Assembly (NCBI GenBank): GCA_963664945.1
Contig: OY761822.1
Location: 661,732-725,731 of the forward strand
Source of the DNA: Gammaproteobacteria bacterium
Lineage (GTDB): Bacteria; Pseudomonadota; Gammaproteobacteria; Steroidobacterales; Rariloculaceae
Length of the DNA stretch: 64,000 bases
Direction of reading: 5' to 3'
A program made the translations under genes and the position numbers. This document shows, piece after piece, positions 30,786 through 38,540 of this stretch (position 1 is the stretch's first letter; each line of letters starts with the position of its first letter). Below the pieces are notes generated by a model, which did not search any database, was not told where the DNA came from, and was given only the letters and a program-made list of their open reading frames with translations.

Positions 30786-31101
30786 TGTGTCCGTCAGGGA
30801 CTATTGCGAGTTCCGGGGCATGGGCGGGATCATCCGTTTCTTCAGAAAATTGCCAGTGTTGATTCGAATACCGAGGTGCTATTGAGAGCGGCGGCGACGT
30901 CATCGCCGCAGAGGCAGCAATTCCCGCTAACGACGCCCGCTCATCCGTCCTGGCCCGAATAAACGGCGAAATTCGCCATTGGGGCGTGATCCTGGAGGCG
31001 ATTGTCGGGTCTCTCGGCGATTGGCGGGAATTGCTGCCGCAGAGGCATCGTCGTGCGGAGTGCCACCATCGTAGTGCCACCTCCCTGGTTGTCGAAACGG
31101 T

Positions 31102-31119
31102 CCATAATAGCTATTATGG
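31102..31119 (+). promoter_or_regulatory. Perfect 18-bp palindrome overlapping the antitoxin start codon (candidate operator)
   Basis: ccataatagctattatgg is its own reverse complement. The ATG at 31116 lies inside it. Confidence 0.5.
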
Positions 31120-31376
31120 CTCGAATGAATGAGATGACAGCCAGGGACGCCAAGAATCGCTTCGGCCAATTACTCGATGCCGCGCAGCGCACTCCCGTAC
31201 GCGTGACAAAAAACGGTCGGGCCGTCACGATCATGCTCTCGGTGCAGCACTACGAACGGCTGCGCGGTGCGGCGTGGGAGCGTCTCACGGCGACCATGGA
31301 TCGCATGGCCGAGGAAACATCCGCCAACAACCTGACGGACGCGAAGCTCGATGCGCTGCTAGCGAATGAAAGTTGA
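31116..31376 (+). CDS. Type II antitoxin, Phd/YefM family
   Basis: MARMNEMTARDAKNRFGQLLDAAQRTPVRVTKNGRAVTIMLSVQHYERL. Confidence 0.7.
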   Translation: MARMNEMTARDAKNRFGQLLDAAQRTPVRVTKNGRAVTIMLSVQHYERLRGAAWERLTATMDRMAEETSANNLTDAKLDALLANES

Positions 31377-31785
31377 CCGTGCGGTCGTCGAGACCAACGG
31401 ACTGATCAGCGCGGCGCTCCGGGCGGAGGGGAAACCTCGCCGCGTTCTCGAAGTCATTCGCCGCTGCAACGGTGTGCTGCTGTTTTCCGACGAAACCTAC
31501 CGCGAACTGGGCAGCCGTCTTCGTCGCCCGAAGTTCGACCGCTACGTCAGTCAGACGGTCAGGGCCGTTTACCTGGCGCAACTCATGGCAGTGTCCGAAT
31601 GGGTGTCGATCACGAACGCGAAGCTGGGTTGCCGCGACCCGGATGACGACAAGTTCCTTGAGTCAGCACTGATCGGCGATGCCGATTGCATCATCACCGG
31701 CGATCACGATTTCCTGGAGATGTCATCATTCCAGGGCATTTCGATTCTGCCACCTTCCGACTTCCTGAAGCGAACCGGGAATTGA
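31366..31785 (+). CDS. PIN-family toxin
   Basis: VVETNGLISA..., CRDPDDDKFLESALIGDADCIITGDHDFL. 11-nt overlap with the antitoxin. Confidence 0.75.
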   Translation: MKVDRAVVETNGLISAALRAEGKPRRVLEVIRRCNGVLLFSDETYRELGSRLRRPKFDRYVSQTVRAVYLAQLMAVSEWVSITNAKLGCRDPDDDKFLESALIGDADCIITGDHDFLEMSSFQGISILPPSDFLKRTGN

Positions 31786-31821
31786 ACATGCCCATGCGGG
31801 CTGACCGCGGTTCACAGGCGC

Positions 31822-32205
31822 TCAGCCCCGCTCGCAGTTGTCTCGCAGCCAGGCCGCAAATTTTACTTCGTCGATTTCGCGCGCGGCCAGCAGGGTCACT
31901 ACCTGCACAACGTCCACCTCGGCAGCGGTCAACCGCAATCCGTTCCCCGCCAGGAAGACATATGCAGACATGAAGCCCGCCCGCTTGTTGCCATCGACAA
32001 AGGGATGATTGCGGATGATTCCGGCGGCGTATGCCGCAGCCATGTCGCAGAGGTCAGGCTCGCCGTACGCATGCAGTTGCCTCGGACGGGCAAGAGCCGA
32101 ATCCAGCAGGCCGGCATCCCGAAGGCCCGGACCGCCGCCATGGTCCGCCAGCATCCGTCCGTGGAATGCCAGCACGACCGCCTTGCTCAGCCAGACCGGA
32201 TCCAC
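31822..32205 (-). CDS. doc: Doc (death-on-curing) Fic-fold toxin
   Basis: HPFVDGNKRAG Fic/Doc motif. GLRDAGLLDSALARP. Confidence 0.85.
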   Translation of the reverse strand: MDPVWLSKAVVLAFHGRMLADHGGGPGLRDAGLLDSALARPRQLHAYGEPDLCDMAAAYAAGIIRNHPFVDGNKRAGFMSAYVFLAGNGLRLTAAEVDVVQVVTLLAAREIDEVKFAAWLRDNCERG

Positions 32206-32432
32206 TATTTCGCCAGTTCGCGCAATGCATTCCGGTACCGTCTCATGCCGTCCTCGGCGAACTCCATCTGCCGCTCGAACTCGGGATCGAAGGGGGTGAT
32301 CCGGTACCCCCCATCGGTCGTTTCAGTCAGGTAAACCACATCTCCCTCGCGCACGCGCAAGGTGTTGGCGGCGTCCTTGGGGAGCCGCAGATTCAGCGAA
32401 TTTCCAACCTTGTGGACCTTGAGCGCATGCAT
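32205..32432 (-). CDS. AbrB/MazE/SpoVT-type antitoxin partnering Doc
   Basis: KVHKVGNSLNLRLPKDAANTLRVREGDVVYL. Stop overlaps the doc start. Confidence 0.75.
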   Translation of the reverse strand: MHALKVHKVGNSLNLRLPKDAANTLRVREGDVVYLTETTDGGYRITPFDPEFERQMEFAEDGMRRYRNALRELAK

Positions 32433-32446
32433 CGTATATCTCTCGT

Positions 32447-32470
32447 GCGTTTATACTGAAGTATATACGC
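32447..32470 (-). promoter_or_regulatory. Imperfect 24-bp palindrome upstream of the AbrB-type antitoxin (candidate operator)
   Basis: gcgtttatac tgaa gtatatacgc, one mismatch between arms, 15-38 nt upstream of the start codon. Confidence 0.4.
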
Positions 32471-32855
32471 GTTGACGCACTCGCCGGAAATCCTTCAATT
32501 CGTCCGACGGCGCCGGAGGACAACCCAAGACGATGGAATCGTGAACTGCGCACCGGGGTAGGGAGGTGGTCCTGGTTCGTTGGACAGTTTGAGGACGGAA
32601 ACAAGGTGTACTCCGGTTGAGTGAAATGCCCTCGTTGAAGGAATCTGCCGTCCGGTTCCGTAGCACCGTCCATCCGAGTTTCGTCAGAACGCGGTCCCGC
32701 GTGATGACCTGACGCCGTTGCCGGCAGTCTTGGAATCGGGACGCCATCCAGAGCTCAATTCAGGGATGATCGGTGGCTAGGTTCATCAGTCGCGGAGCGA
32801 TTGACCCTGATCTTGCGGCCCGGCCAAACTCGATGCGGATTCCAGGATTCAAACG

Positions 32856-33068
32856 ATGGCTACGCGAAGAACGTTTCGATACTGCTTCAAGGTTGACGGA
32901 GAGATTGGGCAATACGGATTCACTATCGATATCGAGCGCCGTGAACGGGAGCACCGTCGACGCTGGCCAACCGGGCACATCGAGCAAATCGGGCCTCCGA
33001 CGACGCACGAAGACGCTTGGGATTGGGAGAGGCAACAGATCGAACGTCGTCGCGATTCCGCAGCCTGA
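32856..33068 (+). CDS. Small ORF with a GIY-YIG-like N-terminal pattern (weak)
   Basis: 70 aa. YCFKVDGEIGQYGFTIDIERREREH resembles the Y..G.T.d..rR..eH GIY-YIG core. No other support. Confidence 0.3.
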   Translation: MATRRTFRYCFKVDGEIGQYGFTIDIERREREHRRRWPTGHIEQIGPPTTHEDAWDWERQQIERRRDSAA

Positions 33069-33151
33069 TGTCCCAGCCCTGTCCGGTGCTGGAGAGCGGC
33101 CCGGATTTCGAGCCGCGCAAGCGCGTAGACAGTGACGAGTGTTGTGCCGCG

Positions 33152-33460
33152 TCAGTTTGAGTTCATACCGGCACCGTCGATACCCGCGAGCAACTGCTTG
33201 CCGGTTTCGCAGTCCACAATCAGCTCGCCCACACGGTTCAAAAGACCCGGATCGTCAACGTTTTCCAGCCTGGCGCCGAGACGCTGTCCGGTGTCGGCGC
33301 CGAAGCGCCGCGCCGCTTGCCGCACGAGCAAGGCGCGCTCGTGCGCAAGCGCCCGTCGTCTGCCGTCCGCGAGACCTTCCGCGTATACCTCCCGGCGATA
33401 ACGTTTCAGCCAGCGGTCGGTGTTCCTCTCAAGTACTGATTGTTCCGCTCCGGTGACCAT
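33152..33460 (-). pseudogene. DUF4351/Rpn-C-terminal-like paralogue, copy A (3' half only)
   Basis: ERNTDRWLKRYRREVYAEGL...LVRQAARRFGADTGQRLGARLENVDDPGLLNRVGELIVDCETGKQLLAGIDGAGMNSN is near-identical to copies C and D. The upstream half is replaced at a deletion junction (33449-33480). Confidence 0.6.
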
Positions 33461-33674
33461 GCCGGGAAATCGCCGAAATCAACTATGCCAATGGCCATTG
33501 AAGTGTGAGGAAGCGATATCCCATGTGACGTGGCAATTCGAGACGCGCATCCAGCGAACTCGCATGCAAGCATGTGAAATCGGAGATTCCGCAGACAGTG
33601 TCTGTCGAATCTCTCGGATCGACCTTAAAGCGGTGCCTGCTTGTCGGTCGCTGGAAGGTGTTTGAGTAAGCGCC

Positions 33675-33995
33675 TCAAGTGCACGGGAAAATCGAGGACA
33701 TGAGTGCCGTCGGCCAATGAGAAATCCGGACCCAGCAAGGCCCAGATGATGAGAGTCCCAGGGCGTCAGCTTGAATGCGCTTCGCGCGGTAGGCCAACGG
33801 CAATACTGCCGCGAGACCGCACTGGCTGGCCTCGTCCACAATCACGAGGTCAAACAGCCCTGCTTTCAACGGGAAGTTCGAATTGGCCGTCAGTGCCGTG
33901 CACGTCGCACCAAAACACGGGAACCCATGGGAAGTTTGGGCGGGCTCGCACCGGCCCAGAGCGTTTGCGAAGCCTGATTTTGAGCACTTCTGGAT
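33675..33995 (-). pseudogene. Fragment of an SF1 (DNA2/Upf1-like) helicase
   Basis: One frame reads ...CFGATCTALTANSNFPLKAGLFDLVIVDEASQCGLAAVLPLAYRAKR, i.e. motifs Ia-II only. Stops on both sides and no proper start. Confidence 0.5.
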
Positions 33996-34013
33996 TCAGC
34001 CCGCTCGACAAGG

Positions 34014-34244
34014 TCACCGACCTTCGGGACCATAGATCTCATCCCTGTTCCACGAAGTGGCGTGACCGGTCCTGACGGTCACCAGATCAAGCGTTCGGGT
34101 GTTCTCGTCCGGTGGGGCCAATAGGGCGGCCCGATCGAGAATCACGCGCAATTCTCCCTGGAGTGACCGATGATGGCTGCGGGCCAATCGCTTCAGGGCA
34201 TCGAGCGTGGCCGGTTGAACGTCTCTGATGTGTATTGAACTCAT
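34014..34244 (-). CDS. Ribbon-helix-helix antitoxin (FitA/VapB-like), orphan
   Basis: MSSIHIRDVQPATLDALKRLARSHHRSLQGELRVIL. No intact toxin downstream. Confidence 0.65.
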   Translation of the reverse strand: MSSIHIRDVQPATLDALKRLARSHHRSLQGELRVILDRAALLAPPDENTRTLDLVTVRTGHATSWNRDEIYGPEGR

Positions 34245-34447
34245 GGCGGTAGAATTATGCTACCACTGTCAATCTGCAATCAGGCGAACTGGATCAAAGG
34301 CTTGAGGCCTTACGGGCACTGTGTTTGAGTTCGAGCGCACTAACAACATGTGCGAACGCCAAACTAATGCTGCCATGCGGTTGCCCCGCTCGGGATACTG
34401 CGTCGGCAGGTCTTGCCAAATTTTGCCAATGCCGATAGCGTTGCAGC

Positions 34448-34687
34448 ATGACCACGATGAATATTTCGCTTCCCGACGCGCTCAAGTCCTTCGTGGACGG
34501 TCAGGTCAGCGCGCGCGGCTACAGCACTTCAAGCGAGTACCTGCGCGAACTGATCCGAAAGGACCAGGATCGTCAGCGGTTGCGCGGCCTGCTTCTTGAG
34601 GGCGCCGCCTCACCGCCCGTGGGCCCGGCCGACGCGGACTATTTCGACCGGCTTCGCAGCCAGGTCCGCGAAGCCGGTCGGAGGTGA
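34448..34687 (+). CDS. parD: ParD-family antitoxin
   Basis: MNISLPDALKSFVDGQVSARGYSTSSEYLRELIRKDQDR. Confidence 0.8.
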   Translation: MTTMNISLPDALKSFVDGQVSARGYSTSSEYLRELIRKDQDRQRLRGLLLEGAASPPVGPADADYFDRLRSQVREAGRR

Positions 34688-34746
34688 GCGGAAAAACGGT
34701 TGTACTGCGCGAGCGAGCGCAGCGCGATATTGATCTCGAGGAATGA
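34684..34746 (+). pseudogene. parE toxin remnant (first 20 codons only)
   Basis: GTGA overlap with the parD stop. VSGKTVVLRERAQRDIDLEE then a stop. Truncation coincides with the start of the next fragment. Confidence 0.5.
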
Positions 34747-34850
34747 TCAGGGTCGTTAGCTGGAACATTGCCAAGCGAACGGTGCCGTGGCGGGAGCTCG
34801 CTGTCGCTCGTGGACCGGTAGCGGCGGCTGATCGCCCGGCCCCTCTTTAG
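34743..34850 (+). pseudogene. N-terminal fragment of an endonuclease/exonuclease/phosphatase (EEP) family gene
   Basis: MIRVVSWNIAKRTVPWRELA is a typical EEP N-terminus. Stops after 35 codons where the shared 75-bp repeat begins. Confidence 0.5.
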
Positions 34851-34897
34851 ATCGGCCATGCGAATGGATCGGTCGGCGTTGGGAAAGCTCAGCCGCG
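34823..34897. repeat. 75-bp repeat flanking the 3' end of the DUF4351-like ORFs (copy 1 of 2)
   Basis: ggcggctgatcgcccggccc...gatcggccatgcgaatggatcggtcggcgttgggaaagctcagccgcgtcagc recurs at 37788-37862 with few mismatches. Confidence 0.8.
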
Positions 34898-35521
34898 TCA
34901 GCTTGAGTTCATACCGGCGCCGTCGATACCGTCGAGCAACTGCTCGCCGGTATCGCTGTCCACAATCAGGACGCCCACCTGCTCAAGGCGCCCAGGATCC
35001 TCAACGGTCCGCAATTGAGCTTCGAGACGCCGCCCGGTGTTGGCATCGAAGCGCCGCGCCGCCAGTCGCACGAGCAGGGCGCGCTCGTGCGCGATCGCTT
35101 CCCGCCGGCCCTCGGCGACCGCTTCGCGCCGGGCTTCTGCCAACAATTCCTGGCGATGGCTCTTCAGCCAGCGCTCGTTGTTCCTCTGCAGTATCGATTG
35201 TTCGGCCATCAGTTCCTCCAATTCCCTCTCCCGCTCCGGGTTCCAATCCGGCGGACGCAACTCCGGCGCGGTCGCGTGGAACCAGTCCAGGTAGCACTGG
35301 TACAGGCGCGCCTCGTCCTCGTCCCCGAAGTCCAGCCATCCGCACACTTCTCCGAGAAGGCGGATGGCGTCGACATACGACTCCGCGAACACCAGCCGCG
35401 CCAGTGCCGCCATGCGGTTGCCTTGCTCGGGATACTGCGCCGCAGGGTCCCGCAAATCAAGCCGCGCGTAGCGGGGACCGGCTGGAACCGACAGTGGGTG
35501 GCCAGCGGGCATCCGCACCAT
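34898..35521 (-). CDS. DUF4351/Rpn-C-terminal-like paralogue, copy B
   Basis: MVRMPAGHPLSVPAGPRYARLDLRDPAAQYPEQGNRMAALARLVFAES...EDEARLYQCYLDWF...LVRLAARRFDANTGRRLEAQLRTVEDPGRLEQVG...GIDGAGMNSS. The 509-aa track ORF is trimmed to the conserved part. Confidence 0.6.
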   Translation of the reverse strand: MVRMPAGHPLSVPAGPRYARLDLRDPAAQYPEQGNRMAALARLVFAESYVDAIRLLGEVCGWLDFGDEDEARLYQCYLDWFHATAPELRPPDWNPERERELEELMAEQSILQRNNERWLKSHRQELLAEARREAVAEGRREAIAHERALLVRLAARRFDANTGRRLEAQLRTVEDPGRLEQVGVLIVDSDTGEQLLDGIDGAGMNSS

Positions 35522-35593
35522 GCCGCTCAGGTCGTCCGGTGCCTTATCTTGCGTACTCACCAGGCACCATAGGCCTTCGCGAGCGGCCGCAAT

Positions 35594-36097
35594 ATGGGCA
35601 AATCCGGTGACTATGGCGGGATATCGCCGAAATCTGAATGCGGGGAGCTGGGGCCAGGCGACATCGGCGTGAGCGGCATCGGGACCGTCGCCGCAGCCAA
35701 CGTCGTGCCCGAGAACCGGCCGCCGGACGAGTCCTTTTTCGTGGTGTCCATGTACGCGCGGTGGATGATGCCCCATCCGATAACGGGAAGCCCGTGGTCC
35801 GTCGGGGCGTCGGACGTGTCGGCGCACCGGATCATTTCCGACCTGTCGGCCTTCATCAGTCATGTGGACCCGTCGAAGCACCGCATCCTGGCCGCCGGTG
35901 ACTTGAACATGATTTACGGGGCGAACGCAGGCTCGCTCTCGCTCGTGGACCGGGAGCGCACGGTCTGGGCGCGAATGGAGGCGCTGGGACTCGAGTTCAT
36001 CGGTCCGCTGCTTCCAAACGGCCGGGCGGCAAACTCGCCGCCGCCGGATGCGCCCGGCGATACGAAGAACGTTCCAACGTACCGCACGGCGCAGTAA
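35594..36097 (+). pseudogene. Internal fragment of an EEP-family gene
   Basis: ...FFVVSMYARW...HRILAAGDLNMIYG... (GDxN motif). Lacks the N-terminal LQE and the C-terminal SDH motifs. Confidence 0.55.
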
Positions 36098-36366
36098 TCT
36101 CCGGCGGATGCGGACTATTTCGACCGACACCATCGGCTGAATTGACGTCCTTGGCCCCATTGACGGAACTGCTGCAATTCGTCCGACAGCGTCGGACGAA
36201 TCGATTTCGCGATGGAAGGTCTCAAATCTCTGCGGCACGCAGTGGCCGCGGCGCTTGAAGCAAGCGCCTATTGGGGCAATACGCCGTGTATTGGAGAGAC
36301 GCCCAAGTAGTTTTTCGAAGGCCCCGACGCGCCCCCTGATCGTATCGGTACGAGTACCGCACTGCG

Positions 36367-36981
36367 TCAGCTTGGGTGCGTGTCGGCCCAATCGATACTG
36401 CCGAGCAACTGCTCGCCGGTCTCGCAATCCACTATCAGGTCTCCCACGCGGTCCAAGAGACCTGGATCGTCAATGTTTTCCAGCCTGGCGCCAAGACCGC
36501 GCCCGATGTCGGCACCGAAGCGCCGCGCCGCTTGCCGAACCAGCATAGAACGCTCGTGCGCAAACGCCTGTCGTCTGCCGTCTGCGAGACCTTCCGCGAG
36601 ACCTTCCGCGTATACCTCCCGGCGATAACGTTTCAGCCAGCGGTCGGTGTTCCTCTCAAGTACTGATTGTTCCGCCATCAGTTCCTCCAATTTTCTGTCG
36701 CGGTCCGGGTCCCAGCCACGCGGCCGGAGCCTTGGCTCGATCACGTAGAGCCAGTCCAGGTAGCACTGGTACAGACGCGCCTCGTCGTCGTCCCCGAAGT
36801 CCAGCCAATCGCACAGGTCGGCGAGCAGGCGGTTGGCGCCAAATGCTGACTCCGCGAACGTCAAACCAGCCAGCGCCGCCATGCGGTTGCCCCGTTCGGG
36901 ATACTGCGTCGCTACGGTCCGCAAATCAAGCCGCGCATAGCGACGTCCGGCGAGCCACGGCAGGGGATGAGCGGTGGGCAT
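36367..36981 (-). CDS. DUF4351/Rpn-C-terminal-like paralogue, copy C
   Basis: MPTAHPLPWLAGRRYARLDLRTVATQYPERGNRMAALAGLTFAES...DDEARLYQCYLDWL...LVRQAARRFGADIGRGLGARLENIDDPGLLDRVGDLIVDCETGEQLL. Confidence 0.6.
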   Translation of the reverse strand: MPTAHPLPWLAGRRYARLDLRTVATQYPERGNRMAALAGLTFAESAFGANRLLADLCDWLDFGDDDEARLYQCYLDWLYVIEPRLRPRGWDPDRDRKLEELMAEQSVLERNTDRWLKRYRREVYAEGLAEGLADGRRQAFAHERSMLVRQAARRFGADIGRGLGARLENIDDPGLLDRVGDLIVDCETGEQLLGSIDWADTHPS

Positions 36982-37125
36982 TCGTTACCGCAAGGGTCAC
37001 ATCGACATCGAGCGGCTGATGACGCGCCTGGAATCCCTTATGCCCTACGACCACGCCGAATTCGCGGACAACGCAGTGAACGAGTACGCGCTGCTATTAT
37101 CCGTACTGAAGAAGATTCCCTGACG

Positions 37126-37478
37126 CTATTTGTAGTTGGATGCTGCCGGTTCCGTCAGTTCAATGGCGATCCGGCAGTGGTCGCTGGGTCCCCAGTCCTG
37201 CGGTGCGTTGATCGCGCGCACGGTCAACAAATCGGCGAATCCTTCCGACGCGAATACGTAATCAAGCTGTCGCGACGCCGTGGCGGGGGACTGTCGATTG
37301 TGGTGAAACGTGGGGCAGTCTTGCTGTCTCGAGGGAGTTCGTCCGGCCATGGATCCGCCTGTCTTCCATAGGGGGTCTCTGGCCCGACAAAGGGAAGTCC
37401 TATGGCTTGCATCCTGGAAAACACCGTATCGTAGCGGGCGGCCCAGTAACCGCTGCCATGTTCGCCGTACGGTAACAA
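37126..37478 (-). pseudogene. C-terminal part of an EEP-family gene, frameshifted
   Basis: Two frames: YDTVFSRMQAIGLPFVGPETPYGRQ... (parallels the 35594-36097 fragment), then ...RQLDYVFASEGFADLLTVRAINAPQDWGPSDHCRIAIEL (SDH motif). Confidence 0.55.
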
Positions 37479-37512
37479 CTTCGGTCAATGCCCGATCAGC
37501 TATAGTGTAGCC

Positions 37513-37692
37513 ATGAAACGCAAGACGCTTTCCCAAGCCAACCCTCACCTGCGAGACCCCGAGAAGGCCGCACGACAGCGGATCCGTAGCGTGGCCAGTT
37601 CGACTGCGATCGAAACCGGGGAGCCCGTGCGCGACATAGAAGAAAAGATCAGGCGTCTGGAGTCCCTGAAGCCCCGCGTAACACTCGCCTGA
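37513..37692 (+). CDS. 59-aa ORF with a VbhA/YhfG-like S-x-x-x-E pattern (speculative)
   Basis: MKRKTLSQANPHLRDPEKAARQRIRSVASSTAIETGEP... One codon under the ORF-track cutoff. The motif is imperfect (E followed by T, not G/N). Confidence 0.3.
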   Translation: MKRKTLSQANPHLRDPEKAARQRIRSVASSTAIETGEPVRDIEEKIRRLESLKPRVTLA

Positions 37693-37787
37693 CCATTCGT
37701 TTCATCGGCTCATGGTCGCTAAGCCCCGCCTGAATCGCGTTGACGTAATCGGCCTTGTTTTCGTCCCAGACCGTGTAATCAAGTTGG

Positions 37788-37862
37788 GGCGGCTGATCGC
37801 CCGGCCCGTCTGGAGATCGGCCATGCGAATGGATCGGTCGGCGTTGGGAAAGCTCAGCCGCG
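37788..37862. repeat. 75-bp repeat flanking the 3' end of the DUF4351-like ORFs (copy 2 of 2)
   Basis: Matches 34823-34897. Here its left side abuts a minus-strand EEP C-terminal remnant (...LDYTVWDENKADYVNAIQAGLSDHEP). Confidence 0.8.
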
Positions 37863-38519
37863 TCAGCTTGAGTTCAAACCGGCACCGTCGATACCCGCGA
37901 GCAACTGCTTGCCGGTTTCGCAGTCCACAATCAGCTCGCCCACACGGTTCAAAAGACCCGGATCGTTAACGTTTTCCAGCCTGGCGCCGAGACGCTGTCC
38001 GGTGTCGGCGCCGAAGCGCCGCGCCGCCAGTCTAACGAGTTCTTCCCGCCGGCCGTCGGCGAATGCGTCGCGGCGGTGACTTTCCAACCAACGGTCGGTG
38101 TTCCTCTCAAGTGCCGATACTTCCCTCATTAGTTCCTCCACTTTGCGTTCGTGCTCCGGGTCCCAGTCGCGCGGGCGGAGCGTCGGCGTGACCGCGTAGA
38201 ACCAGTTCACGTAGCAACGGTACAGGCGCTCCTCATCCTCGTCCCCGAAATCCAGCCATTCGCCCACTTCCTTTAGCAGGTGGATGGCGTCGAAGGGCGA
38301 CTCGGCGAACATCAGCCGCGCCAGCGCGGCCATTCGGTTGCCACGCTTGGGATACTGCGTCGCCGGGTCCCGCATATCAAGCCGCGCGTAGCGTTCCAGC
38401 CACCGATCAGTGTTCCGCTGCAGTACGGATAATTCCTCCATCAACTCCTCCATCTTCCTGTTGCGGTCCGGGTTGCGATATTTGAACGGTTCCGGGAGCA
38501 TTCGGATATTACGTCGCAA
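37863..38519 (-). CDS. DUF4351/Rpn-C-terminal-like paralogue, copy D (chimeric N-terminus)
   Basis: Contains the ...EELM.E.S.L.RNTDRWLE.. segment twice. A partial copy is fused to RYARLDMRDPATQYPKRGNRMAALARLMFAES..., indicating inter-copy recombination. Confidence 0.55.
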   Translation of the reverse strand: MRRNIRMLPEPFKYRNPDRNRKMEELMEELSVLQRNTDRWLERYARLDMRDPATQYPKRGNRMAALARLMFAESPFDAIHLLKEVGEWLDFGDEDEERLYRCYVNWFYAVTPTLRPRDWDPEHERKVEELMREVSALERNTDRWLESHRRDAFADGRREELVRLAARRFGADTGQRLGARLENVNDPGLLNRVGELIVDCETGKQLLAGIDGAGLNSS

Positions 38520-38540
38520 TCCAAATGCCAGCGTCCCGCC

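Noticed and set aside
32451-32747. 98-aa ORF containing VITRDRVLTKLGWTVLR, reminiscent of a DUF559/Vsr-like endonuclease C-terminus
   Set aside because: The resemblance covers only about 15 residues and the rest has no family features. Too weak to annotate.
35522-36427. Upstream two-thirds of the 509-aa ORF 34898..36427
   Set aside because: Only the last ~208 codons are conserved with copies C and D. The upstream part is antisense to the EEP fragment and has no family features.
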